Positions 29,131 through 38,588 of a stretch of 64,000 bases of DNA are shown here, in pieces. The number at the start of each line of letters is the position of its first letter. The stretch's first letter is position 1. The translations under genes and the position numbers were made by a program. The notes beneath the pieces were generated by a model. That model searched no databases. It saw only the letters and a program-made list of their open reading frames with translations, and was not told where the DNA came from. Source of the stretch: a bacterium (GTDB taxonomy: Bacteria > Bacteroidota > Ignavibacteria > UBA10030); assembly GCA_043803945.1 (NCBI GenBank), contig JAZDJN010000080.1:37253-101252 (forward strand), in the 5' to 3' direction.

Positions 29131-30720
29131 TTAACTCACTCGTATCTCATATGGTAATTGCTTGAACGTGATTTGCTCTTTCCTCAAGCGACCGATGCTT
29201 AATCTTGTTCCTTCGCCATACAGAACTTTCGGACCGTCGTGCGGCGGAAGCTCCGTAAGAATTTTACTCGTCAATATGTTACCGCCATTAACCGTTTTAT
29301 CTCCAAGAACACCATTGAAAAGTAGATAATATGCGGTGCCGTTGTGTACACCAATAAGCGGCGTTCCTTTTTTCGTATTCTTTAGTAACGGCAAACCCGT
29401 TTCATAAAAGAAAATATGATGTGCAAGATCATTAAACTTGACATCTTCCCGAATGTTACCGTATTCATCAAACAACGGTTCCTCTAACTTTACGAACCGG
29501 AAGCCACCCCCTAAACCTTCATTACTTCTATAACCGATGACAACTCGCTTAAGTCGCTCTGCAGTCACATTATGCGCGATGTTTTCTTCCATCTCCACTA
29601 GAATAAACCTGCGATCTCCACCATCTTCTTTGTTGAGTTGTAAGATTGCATTACCTAATGTTCCTGAACCAGCAAATGAATCAAGAAATAATCCACTTAT
29701 TTCTTTTTTTCCGTTTACAACCATGGAACAAAAGTATTTGATCAGGTTTAACGGTTTGGGATTAGGGAAAATCTTTGTGCCAAATATTGACTCGATTTCC
29801 CAAGTGCCATCTTGATTAAAAGGACCCGTCATTATGGAAATTGGTTTTGCCATCCTCAGATGTCCTTGTTCATCACGCAAATATTGTTTGAATCTAACGC
29901 TCCACTTCCCTTTTGCTTTCCTTATTACTACTTCGTCATTATCCAAAGCCTTCTGCATCCGTTCCTTAGACCAGATCCACTGTTTGTCAGGCCAAATAGT
30001 TTCCCCCTTGAATTTTACCGGATAAACCAAATTAGGTCGGTCATCCTTACTCCTCGTAGCAAGTGGTTGTGTGACGAATCCCCCTCGAAGCTCATACATT
30101 GAATCTCGTCCCTTATATTTCGCTGCTTCTTCATCAGTCAATGTTGCTTCTATGCTAATTATCGGATTCCGTGAATAACAAAGAATATATTCATGAATAT
30201 TTCCAAAACCTTTTGTCATTGCACCAGGTCCATATTTATTCTTCCAAACAATCCCTTGAACAAAATTGCGGCTACCAAATATATCATCCATTAATAGTTT
30301 TAGTGTGAACGCTTCATTGTCATCAATAGAAATAAAAATCAAACCGTCATCGCGTAATAATGTCCTAAGAAGTTCTAAGCGGGGGTACATCATACATAAC
30401 CATTTATCATGGCGGGATAAATCTTCTCCGCCGACAGTTTTATTAAGCCATGATTTGATTTCCGGAGAATTCACATTGTCATTATATACCCAACCTTCAT
30501 TACCCGTGTTGTATGGAGGATCGATATATATACATTTCACTTGTCCAGCGTAATAAGGAAGCAATGCTTTAAGCGCGAGAAGGTTATCTCCCTGCACAAG
30601 CAGATTTCCCGCTTCGTGGTCTCCGGCAGAAAGAGTATTGTCGCTTTTAAGTAAGCAGTATGGTACTTCGAGATGATGATTGACAACAGCTTGTTTGCCA
30701 ATCCAGTCAAGTGTGGGCAT
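29131..30720 (-). CDS. Type III-like adenine DNA methyltransferase Mod
   Basis: GDNLLALK, IYIDPPYNTG, FPNPKP, LDSFAGSGT (beta-class N6-MTase motif order). Confidence 0.93.
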   Translation of the reverse strand: MPTLDWIGKQAVVNHHLEVPYCLLKSDNTLSAGDHEAGNLLVQGDNLLALKALLPYYAGQVKCIYIDPPYNTGNEGWVYNDNVNSPEIKSWLNKTVGGEDLSRHDKWLCMMYPRLELLRTLLRDDGLIFISIDDNEAFTLKLLMDDIFGSRNFVQGIVWKNKYGPGAMTKGFGNIHEYILCYSRNPIISIEATLTDEEAAKYKGRDSMYELRGGFVTQPLATRSKDDRPNLVYPVKFKGETIWPDKQWIWSKERMQKALDNDEVVIRKAKGKWSVRFKQYLRDEQGHLRMAKPISIMTGPFNQDGTWEIESIFGTKIFPNPKPLNLIKYFCSMVVNGKKEISGLFLDSFAGSGTLGNAILQLNKEDGGDRRFILVEMEENIAHNVTAERLKRVVIGYRSNEGLGGGFRFVKLEEPLFDEYGNIREDVKFNDLAHHIFFYETGLPLLKNTKKGTPLIGVHNGTAYYLLFNGVLGDKTVNGGNILTSKILTELPPHDGPKVLYGEGTRLSIGRLRKEQITFKQLPYEIRVS

Positions 30721-30763
30721 GAAACTCCGTAAATAATTGGAGCTTCGGTTGGTGTCGTTTTTA

Positions 30764-30838
30764 TGTCATTCCCGCGCAAGCGGGAATCCAGTGTCTTGGC
30801 TAGTAAGGCACTGGGTGCTCGCGTTCGCGAGCACGACA
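30764..30838. repeat. GTCATTCCCGCG-type REP-like element
   Basis: TGTCATTCCCGCGCAAGCGGGAATCCAG...CTGGGTGCTCGCGTTCGCGAGCACGACA. Confidence 0.75.
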
Positions 30839-30874
30839 GAAATTTATTTCAGCTTCTTTGGGCTAGGGAGCTTT

Positions 30875-30932
30875 GACCACCCCTGCGCTTCGCGCGTCCC
30901 CTCCTTTGTAAAGAGGGGATTAAGAGGTGGTC
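30875..30932. repeat. CCCCTCC-type palindromic repeat
   Basis: GACCACC...TCCCCTCCTTTGTAAAGAGGGGA...GGTGGTC nested inverted repeats. Confidence 0.55.
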
Positions 30933-30949
30933 GTTTTTCGGTCCACAAC

Positions 30950-31110
30950 AAAAAAGGGTGCGACTTACGTTACACCCTCTCTGAAGGGACACTACTCCCC
31001 AAGCAAAAGATGAACGAAGCGCACCCCTTTCGGGGCGCACCTTCGCTCTGCGTCTTTGCTTGTTGAAAATGTAGTGTTTTTCAGAGAGACAGCAGCCGAA
31101 GCTACGCGTT
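30950..31110 (-). ncRNA. Putative structured leader or sRNA: UUCG hairpin, ~110 nt rod, intrinsic terminator
   Basis: Minus strand: GUAGC-UUCG-GCUGC; stacked stems CUCUCUGAA/UUCAGAGAG, ACACUAC/GUAGUGU, AAGCAAAGA/UCUUUUGCUU, GUGCGCCCC-GAAA-GGGGUGCGC; then AGGGUGUAAC-GUAA-GUCGCACCCU-U5. Confidence 0.65.
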
Positions 31111-31200
31111 AAAAAGTATGTTAGTTGTTAATTGTCAATCCTGAGTAAACGATTCCTTTAGTTATTGAGTTATGGTAAGTGCGAGTATTAAGAAATCGAA

Positions 31201-31467
31201 TTATGATGCCGCATCGATTTGCAGGCGGACTGTATACCCAAGTATTTTCAGCATCTCTTCACATTCTTCCCAGGTCAATCCGAATGCCCGAACATCGGCT
31301 ACTCCCAAACGTGCAACAACTTCACGGGTGATGGAAATATCATTAGCGTCAAATTCACTTTCCAATAATGCGGTCTCTGCTCAATGAACCAACTCAGGTA
31401 ACTGCAAATTATACTGCAGATAAGCTGAAAGCTTTTCTGCTATTAGCTTTCGGGTAACCATTGACAT
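31201..31467 (-). pseudogene. Small hypothetical protein interrupted by an in-frame TGA
   Basis: GGAGA RBS, then MSMVTRKLIAEKLSAYL...ELVH*AETALLESEF...RLGVADVRAFGLTWEECEEML...DAAS*; the stop at 31381-31383 is probably TGG>TGA. Confidence 0.7.
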
Positions 31468-31647
31468 TCTCCATAACTGATTAAAACTACAGAAAAGGCT
31501 GGTGAGATACAATTGCCTAAAACGACTTCCTCGTTTCCCTTCGCCAATTGTTATTACACAATTCATCAAAGGATTTATATTTGTCACAAAGTTTTAGCCA
31601 GCAATGAAAAAGAGCATTACGTATATTCATTGAGTTATCAAACCAAA

Positions 31648-32493
31648 ATGAAAACACGAAGAAAAGTATCTCTTGAATTGAGTTCCCTCCCCGAGTGCCC
31701 CGGTGTCTATCTCTTTTATGGGATTCACGATGAGCTGCTCTACGTGGGAAAGAGCAAGTCGATTCGAACCAGAGTTCGTTCACATTTTGCTGTGAAACAC
31801 GAACGGCGATTGTGCAGGAGTATTCGCAGGATCGAAACACGGCAGACTGCCGGCGAACTTGGCGCTTTGCTGCTCGAGTCGCAGTTGATTAAAGAACAGA
31901 AACCGATGTTCAATGTTGCATCCAAACGCCGCAGAAGGATCGTCATCGCACGGAGAGTCGATAATGCTGAAGGTTACGCAACCATCCACCTTGATGCGAT
32001 CGACTACCTTCAACTCGATGCCAGCAGGCCTATTCTTGGTATCTTCAAGCATAAGACACAGGCAAAGGAATTCCTCGCACAGATTGCGAAGACTCATCGC
32101 CTCTGCCCCAAACTTCTCCGCTTGGAACAATCACGCACCTATTGCTTTTCCTATCATCTCGGACAATGCTCCGGTGCGTGCATGGCTGAAGAGGATGCCC
32201 CGGTCTACAATGCACGCGTAGATGAAGCGTTTGGCGAACGGCGCATTAAGGCCTGGCCATTCAATGGCACCATCCAAATCGAGGAATCTTCCCCCGATGG
32301 CAGTATGAAGGAGTCATTCATTATTGATAACTGGTGCTTGTTGGAGAGCACGACGCGGCAGAACGGCAAACAGGAGCCGTTTCTTCAGCACACTCACCGA
32401 TTCGACTACGATAGCTACAAAATTCTTCTGGCATTTATTACCAGTCCGGACAATAAAGACTTCATTTCAGTCCTGCCTTCAGCATCACGTTAA
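31648..32493 (+). CDS. GIY-YIG excinuclease, UvrC N-terminal/Cho-like
   Basis: LPECPGVYLFY...LLYVGKS..IRTRVRSHF, GELGALLLES.LIK...P.FN, CFSYHLGQCSGAC. Confidence 0.85.
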   Translation: MKTRRKVSLELSSLPECPGVYLFYGIHDELLYVGKSKSIRTRVRSHFAVKHERRLCRSIRRIETRQTAGELGALLLESQLIKEQKPMFNVASKRRRRIVIARRVDNAEGYATIHLDAIDYLQLDASRPILGIFKHKTQAKEFLAQIAKTHRLCPKLLRLEQSRTYCFSYHLGQCSGACMAEEDAPVYNARVDEAFGERRIKAWPFNGTIQIEESSPDGSMKESFIIDNWCLLESTTRQNGKQEPFLQHTHRFDYDSYKILLAFITSPDNKDFISVLPSASR

Positions 32494-32570
32494 TCTCCTT
32501 TACAACTCCGTAACGTGTTTTTATTTCACAGATTTGAGCAGCTCAAAAAAAATATTGCCCTCCGGGAACT

Positions 32571-32603
32571 TATTTCAAATTCAAATAGTTTAAATTTGAA
32601 ATA
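32571..32603. promoter_or_regulatory. Putative MarR/MhqR operator(s)
   Basis: TATTTCAAATT...AATTTGAAATA inverted repeat containing two tandem TATTTcAAATTc/gAAATA-like units. Confidence 0.55.
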
Positions 32604-32676
32604 CTCTTGTGAGAGATGACCGCCACCTCACGAGAATATATCAAATAGAATGTGACGGTCATCTGCCCAGAAGACT

Positions 32677-33156
32677 ATGAAAACAACAAAACGATACGGA
32701 AAAAAGGCTGATACGGCGCTCTCGATGTGGGTGAAGCTGGCACGGGCTACTGCTACGTTTGGCAAACTCACACAGGATAACATCCGCAGTTTCGGCCTGA
32801 CTGAACCTCAATTTGGTGCTCTTGAGACTCTTGGCCACCTTGGGCCAATGACCATCGGTGAATTATGTAAGAAGCAGCTCGTCAGCGGCGGGAATATGAC
32901 CGTCGTGATCGATAACCTTGAGAAAGAGAACCTCGTCGAACGATCCCACAACAAGAAAGATCGAAGGACAATTCATGTGCAACTCACCTCAAAGGGAAAA
33001 ACACTATTTGATTCGATCTTTTCACAACATGCAGCTTATGTCAGTGATCTTGCCTCGGTTCTTTCAGAAAAAGAACAACAAGAACTCGGCAGACTTGCAA
33101 AAAAGCTAGGCAGGGCATTACACGAAAAACTATTAAGTGCCCACTCCAAACAATGA
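32677..33156 (+). CDS. MarR-family regulator, MhqR-like
   Basis: GLTEPQFGALE...SGGNMTVVIDNLEKENLVER...DRR...LTSKG. Confidence 0.9.
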   Translation: MKTTKRYGKKADTALSMWVKLARATATFGKLTQDNIRSFGLTEPQFGALETLGHLGPMTIGELCKKQLVSGGNMTVVIDNLEKENLVERSHNKKDRRTIHVQLTSKGKTLFDSIFSQHAAYVSDLASVLSEKEQQELGRLAKKLGRALHEKLLSAHSKQ

Positions 33157-33172
33157 ATAATCGAAGACCATT

Positions 33173-33751
33173 ATGACAACAACTCATAGTCCGCTCAACG
33201 TGCTCGCACTATCGGGCAGCTTAAGAAGAGCATCCTATAACCGGAAAGCATTGCAGATTGCAAAACAGATCGCTGCTGATGCAGGTGCGCAGGTCAGTGA
33301 AATCGACTTGAAGGAGTTGAATCTCCCGATGTTCGATGCCGATCTTGCCGCACAGGGAATGCCCCCATCGGTGCAGACACTTCGATCTGCTATCGAAACA
33401 GCGGATGTGATTCTCATTGCTTCCCCGGAATATAATTATTCCGTACCCGGCGGTTTGAAGAATGCCATCGATTGGGCATCGGACAAAAAGAATGCCTTCA
33501 GCGGAAAAACCGCAGCAATCTTCGGCGCATCGGGCGGGCCATTCGGAACATTACGCATGCAACCTCACTTGCGCTTGATTCTCACCGCATTGAACGTAGT
33601 CCTCGTTCCACAACCGCAGGTGATGATTCGAAATGCGAATGAAGCGTTTACAGCCGATGGTGCATTCGTCGATCCAAATCTGCACGATCAATTGAAAACG
33701 CTTGTTCAGAAAACATTAACCCTCGCCCATGCTCTCAAGTCGTCTGCGTGA
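33173..33751 (+). CDS. NAD(P)H-dependent FMN reductase (ChrR/azoreductase-like)
   Basis: GSLRRASYN, SPEYNYSVPGGLKNAIDW. Confidence 0.93.
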   Translation: MTTTHSPLNVLALSGSLRRASYNRKALQIAKQIAADAGAQVSEIDLKELNLPMFDADLAAQGMPPSVQTLRSAIETADVILIASPEYNYSVPGGLKNAIDWASDKKNAFSGKTAAIFGASGGPFGTLRMQPHLRLILTALNVVLVPQPQVMIRNANEAFTADGAFVDPNLHDQLKTLVQKTLTLAHALKSSA

Positions 33752-33857
33752 TTTGTTGAAGGGTGCAAGTGCCAAATATTTCTGCAACATATAAAATGAA
33801 TTTCAGATTTTTAACAAAATAAATAGATCAATGATAGTACTACCGAAAGGATTCACA

Positions 33858-34451
33858 ATGAAACGATTCATCTCCCTCGCAGTAACAGCAGTACTTGCGG
33901 TTGGAACACTTCTGGCACAGGACACAGCGTGGAAACTTGATAAGAGCCACACCAGTGTCTCTTTCTCCGTCCGCCATATGATTATTTCCGATGTTACGGG
34001 AAGCTTCAAAGATTTTGATGTCTCCATGACCTCTTCCAAAGAAGATTTCTCCGACCTGACTGTTGAGGCTGCCATTAAAGTTGCGTCGATCACCACCGAC
34101 AACCAGGGCCGAGATAATCATCTCAAGTCGGATGATTTCTTCAACGCTGAGAAGTTTCCGGAGATTAAATTCAAGAGCACCAAGGTGGAGAAGGTTGGCG
34201 ACAAGAGTTTCAAGATCACCGGCGACTTTACAATGCGCGACGTAACAAAGCAGGTTACCTTCGATGCCGTACTGAATGGTGTCATCATAACCGAGCGTGG
34301 TACTGTGTCGGGTTGGAAGGCTACAACTGCGATCAACCGATTCGATTATAACTTAAAATGGAATCGTGCTCTCGAAACAGGAGGACTCGTGGTTGGAGAG
34401 ATGGTGAACATAACGTTGAACCTTGAGTTACAGAAACCCAATAATTTATGA
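33858..34451 (+). CDS. YceI-family polyisoprenoid-binding protein
   Basis: WKLDKSHTSVSFSVRH, RDNHLKSDDFF, GDFTMRDVTK. Confidence 0.93.
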   Translation: MKRFISLAVTAVLAVGTLLAQDTAWKLDKSHTSVSFSVRHMIISDVTGSFKDFDVSMTSSKEDFSDLTVEAAIKVASITTDNQGRDNHLKSDDFFNAEKFPEIKFKSTKVEKVGDKSFKITGDFTMRDVTKQVTFDAVLNGVIITERGTVSGWKATTAINRFDYNLKWNRALETGGLVVGEMVNITLNLELQKPNNL

Positions 34452-34486
34452 GTGTAAGAGAGTAAGAGGGGGAGATGGGAAAAAAG

Positions 34487-34519
34487 AATCCCGCAGAGTG
34501 AAGAGCCTGCGGGATTTTT
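34487..34519 (+). terminator. Intrinsic terminator between convergent genes
   Basis: AATCCCGCAG-loop-CTGCGGGATT-TTT. Confidence 0.8.
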
Positions 34520-34541
34520 ATTGTTAATAGCTGAAGCTGTG

Positions 34542-35699
34542 TTACACTTTGATGATCCAGTTTTTCTTGTACATGACATAGGCTATACAATACAAGAAGA
34601 GCATGAAGGCGATGGAGTGGAGAAATGAAGCAATCATAGGATCACCAAGGGGCACAAAGAATGTTTGATAGTACCACCCCTTGAGGGAGATCATTTTTCC
34701 ATCGAGTGTTTCCCATCGAATAACACCGGTCAAGCGACCGATGAGGCCGGAAAGCAAAAACATGGTGATAGCATTCTGCCCGTAGATCTCAAACGGTTTC
34801 GACCAGCTCTTGTATCCCTTCACATCGATAATCCAAAAACAACAGCCAAGAACATTAAGCGCAAGGCCGGCCATAAAGACCGCATAGGAATTTGTCCACA
34901 GATTTTTGTTGATGGGCTGCCAATTATCCATAATGAGGCCAATCAACATCACAATACTGCCCGCAAAGAACATCCAGGCAACCTTTTCTTCCTTCGACTG
35001 TTTCGTTCTCAGGAACGATCCGGTAAAGACACCAAACATGATTGTGCCGATGGCGGGGATTGTACTAAAGATTCCCTCCGGATCGAACCCGGGAACGGGT
35101 GCTCCCCTCCAGGTGTGGCCGGACAGCAGATGTGAATCGATGAACCAGACAAAGTTTCCCTTCATCTCCCAAAGGCCCACACCATATCCAGGCACATTGA
35201 TGGTTTTCATGAGAATCCAGTAGAACACCAGCAGCGCAAAGGTAATTGCTGCCTGAACCCGTACTGAAAAATTAAGAACAAAAATCCCTGCAACAAAATA
35301 GCAAACAGCGATCCGCTGAAGCACTCCGGGAATGCGAATGGCGGCAAGGGAAAATTTGCTTCCAAACAGCCCGAACGGAAATCCGGCGAGAAATAATCCA
35401 AGTGCGAAAATTATTACTGCTCGCTGAAGAACATGCATGGCCAGTTTGCCTTTATCGTCACCTCGCTCAATCCGCTTCTCGAACGAAAGCATCATCGCCA
35501 CACCAACAATCCAGAGGAAGAAGGGAAATATTGTATCGGTATAGGTCCAGCCATCCCATTTGGCATGACCCCATGGGGCATAGATATGCCCCCAATCTCC
35601 TGGATTATTGACAAGCATCATACCGGCAACGGTCGCCCCGCGAAAGACATCGAGCGATGCAAGTCTGCCGCCGGATTTTTCTCCAGATTGATTCGCCAT
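34542..35699 (-). CDS. HGSNAT/NagX-like membrane acyltransferase (DUF5009-like)
   Basis: RLASLDVFRG...LVNNPG, DTIFPFFL, IPGVLQRIA, FDPEG, PINKNLWT. Confidence 0.9.
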   Translation of the reverse strand: MANQSGEKSGGRLASLDVFRGATVAGMMLVNNPGDWGHIYAPWGHAKWDGWTYTDTIFPFFLWIVGVAMMLSFEKRIERGDDKGKLAMHVLQRAVIIFALGLFLAGFPFGLFGSKFSLAAIRIPGVLQRIAVCYFVAGIFVLNFSVRVQAAITFALLVFYWILMKTINVPGYGVGLWEMKGNFVWFIDSHLLSGHTWRGAPVPGFDPEGIFSTIPAIGTIMFGVFTGSFLRTKQSKEEKVAWMFFAGSIVMLIGLIMDNWQPINKNLWTNSYAVFMAGLALNVLGCCFWIIDVKGYKSWSKPFEIYGQNAITMFLLSGLIGRLTGVIRWETLDGKMISLKGWYYQTFFVPLGDPMIASFLHSIAFMLFLYCIAYVMYKKNWIIKV

Positions 35700-36144
35700 G
35701 AGTACTCCACTCATTAAAAATTAATGGATGTAACCCTTCATTTTTGATTCTTGATTTTTACTCTTTGAATTATCTTCCTCACCATGCTGTTCCCCGACCG
35801 GAAAAAATTACAATCACCCATCCGATAAGGAGTGAGGCTGCAATAAGAATTCGTAGCCTTGTATTGCGCGACATTGATGCTGTCATCGTTGTATTACAAT
35901 GACGAAAAGATAGAGACATTTCGTGGGAGATGCAAAGGAGTTGTCTCTCCAGACGCTACACTCCCCTGTTTGATAACCAAATTTAGGAAAGCCTCAATGC
36001 CATGCAGTGAATTGAGACAGTGGATTTTCCCTGCAACTCCCCCGACACACAGGCCTGAAGACTGATGTTGCTGGATTGGTGTTCTGGTTTTCCTAACAAA
36101 CCCGGAGTAATTATCTCGTGACCGGGGAGTTCGTATGTAACACA

Positions 36145-36984
36145 TTACTTTGTAATTCCAAGAGTGTTGGCAGTGCCTGCGTCGTGTTCTGCTTCAAACT
36201 GTTTCAGCTTCTTGGCAAGTTGTTCACCGCTATATAATTCACTCAAACCAAACTGAAACCGGCCCAACTCTCTCCCCTCTGGACTTATCACCAGAGCTTC
36301 ATTTATACTGATGTTCATCGAAGCTCCGATTTCCTTAAGCGCATCCTGCTCAGCCGGACTCGACTTTACAAGCAACGTTGGCAAGTAGCGCGCATCGACA
36401 ATACTCCTCACTTCATCATAGGAAAAAACAGCATTATAACGCTCAATGTCCTCAGTGGACTGAAGAACGACAACCAGAATATTTCTCTGTAACTGCCTGG
36501 CCTTCTGTCGGGCCTCTTCAAGGGAGACCCATTGGAGGATATAGACGCCGGCTGAGTCGCTTATCCATCTCACAAATGTATCCTTCTCCATTGACCCGAT
36601 TTTTCTCTTTCTCTCCTTGCCGGCTGGATCAAGAACAATATAGGTTGGATATGCGTTCACATGGAAACGCTTCATCAATGAATCACCGATCGCCGGTTCA
36701 TCACCATCAACTTTTGCCAGCACGTAGCGCTTTGTCAGGAGCCATCTGACAGAGTCATCCGAAAACACCGTTCGTTCCATCACCTTGCAGGGTCCACACC
36801 ACTCGGCATAGACATCGATCAAAATTGGTTTCCCCTGTGCTGCTGCTTCCTTCAGTGCAGCCTCATAGGTCACCCAGGGCAACGTGTTCGATGAAGGCCA
36901 GTATTCAAGCATGAGCGCGGCGGCGAGACATATACTAAACATGATGACTGCTCGTTTTGCAAATGATTGGCTTCGTTGATGCAT
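36145..36984 (-). CDS. Membrane-anchored thioredoxin-fold protein (CGPC)
   Basis: N-terminal TM, DVYAEWCGPCKVM, AYPT; second degenerate Trx-like domain. Confidence 0.85.
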   Translation of the reverse strand: MHQRSQSFAKRAVIMFSICLAAALMLEYWPSSNTLPWVTYEAALKEAAAQGKPILIDVYAEWCGPCKVMERTVFSDDSVRWLLTKRYVLAKVDGDEPAIGDSLMKRFHVNAYPTYIVLDPAGKERKRKIGSMEKDTFVRWISDSAGVYILQWVSLEEARQKARQLQRNILVVVLQSTEDIERYNAVFSYDEVRSIVDARYLPTLLVKSSPAEQDALKEIGASMNISINEALVISPEGRELGRFQFGLSELYSGEQLAKKLKQFEAEHDAGTANTLGITK

Positions 36985-36987
36985 ACC

Positions 36988-37752
36988 TTACTCCGATCCT
37001 TTATCAATCTCAATTTTTGTAATCGACCAGAAGGCCAAGGCGAGCATGGCACACAAGGCTGCAAATCCCCACAGCAATTCAGTGTACGGCACATGCGTTC
37101 GACTCGCCAGCACCCCGAACGCATCATTGAAACCGCCAGGGAAAAGATATTCGCGCAGCAGTTGCAGCCATTTAACCTTCCAATATTGGAACCGGAGATA
37201 GGCGTCGATCGTCGCAGAAGCGATCGCCCATGTCATTAACGCGACAACATTGAGTAACGACGGAAGCCAGCAGGAAAAAAACGCCAGGATGGAGATGAGC
37301 AGCATCGACTGGCATACAGCCACTCCCAGTACTGCGAGCACACGGAGAAGATCAAATTCAATCGGAACAGTGATATATTTAATCAGCACCGGTGCAAGCG
37401 CTATGGCACTTGAACCAATAAGCACACAAATCGTTGAACAGAATACTGCTGCAAGCTTTATGAGAAGATAGTGTTGCCGGGAGATTGGACGAACGAGAAG
37501 TGTGCGGAGCCAGCCATCTTTTACATCATTACTGACCAACCCGACACTAAAAACGACAGCCGTTAGTGGTACAAGCAGTGTTGAGTAGATGGTGATGAGA
37601 TGGTCGGCAACATTGTACACCTTGACTGGTCTCCCGAATGGCATCAGTAGAAGAAAGGCAAGAGCAGCAAATGCAACAGGGATGATGAGCGAGATCCACG
37701 TCCACTGCCGCCGTAGTTCGGTGACGAATAATGTTGTTAGTCCCTGGTTCAT
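36988..37752 (-). CDS. ABC-2 type permease
   Basis: Six hydrophobic segments, GWLRTLLVRPISR..YLL.K motif. Confidence 0.85.
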   Translation of the reverse strand: MNQGLTTLFVTELRRQWTWISLIIPVAFAALAFLLLMPFGRPVKVYNVADHLITIYSTLLVPLTAVVFSVGLVSNDVKDGWLRTLLVRPISRQHYLLIKLAAVFCSTICVLIGSSAIALAPVLIKYITVPIEFDLLRVLAVLGVAVCQSMLLISILAFFSCWLPSLLNVVALMTWAIASATIDAYLRFQYWKVKWLQLLREYLFPGGFNDAFGVLASRTHVPYTELLWGFAALCAMLALAFWSITKIEIDKGSE

Positions 37753-37754
37753 AA

Positions 37755-38480
37755 TTACTTCCTCTCGACCAGATGTTTGCGGAACGCTTCTTCAAGAAAT
37801 CCCTGGCGCACATCCTTCAGCGAATGATCGCCGACCAGCGTTCCTTCCATGATAAATAACACACGATCGCACACATGCTCAACTTCGGTGAGATTGTGTG
37901 AACTGAAGAAGATTGTGCAACCCGATTGTTTCTTCTGTGCAAGAAAATCCCGCAACTCGAACACCGAGGGGGGATCGAGTGATGCCGTAGGTTCGTCCAG
38001 GAACACAAGGTCAGGCGTCCCAACAAACGCCAAAATCAGTTCAATCTTTTGCCGCATTCCCTTCGATAGTGCGGAAAGCTTCCGATGTTCATAATTTTTC
38101 ATCGAGAAGAACTGCAGCAACTCCTCAATATTCGAAGTGCCATTCCGGTAACCGAGCAGCGCTGTATGGAGATCCAGAAATTGTTTGACCGTGAGCGTGT
38201 TTGTCCGGAAGTGCGAATCGGCCTGATAACCGATTTTTCCGCGTGAGCGCAGCGATTCCGGATGATCGCCAAAAATTGAAATTGCACCTCCTGCATCGGC
38301 ATCGAGCAAACCAAGAAGAATGCGCAGCAGCGTAGACTTGCCCGCACCATTCGGCCCGATCAATCCGACAATCTCCCCGGCTGAGACAGCAAAGTCCACT
38401 CCGCGAAGTGCAATGACCTTGTTTTTTGTTGAACGTGGATTATAGGTTTTTGAAATGTTGCGACTGATTATGGCATGCAT
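37755..38480 (-). CDS. ABC transporter ATP-binding protein
   Basis: [24 protein letters not shown]. Confidence 0.93.
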   Translation of the reverse strand: MHAIISRNISKTYNPRSTKNKVIALRGVDFAVSAGEIVGLIGPNGAGKSTLLRILLGLLDADAGGAISIFGDHPESLRSRGKIGYQADSHFRTNTLTVKQFLDLHTALLGYRNGTSNIEELLQFFSMKNYEHRKLSALSKGMRQKIELILAFVGTPDLVFLDEPTASLDPPSVFELRDFLAQKKQSGCTIFFSSHNLTEVEHVCDRVLFIMEGTLVGDHSLKDVRQGFLEEAFRKHLVERK

Positions 38481-38588
38481 CGGTGCTCCGGTATTGGATG
38501 ATCGTAGCTAAAAATATGCACCAGCAGAGAAACATGCAAGGCAGCGTCAATATGGTTGGCATCATCGCCGGATGAGCGCGGGTAGAGC

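Noticed and set aside
30737-31066. 109 aa and 63 aa ORFs upstream of mod
   Set aside because: They read through GC-rich palindromes and the structured leader, with no coding signature
35720-36140. Gene or ncRNA in the ~420 bp gap
   Set aside because: No convincing ORF, motif or stable structure recognised
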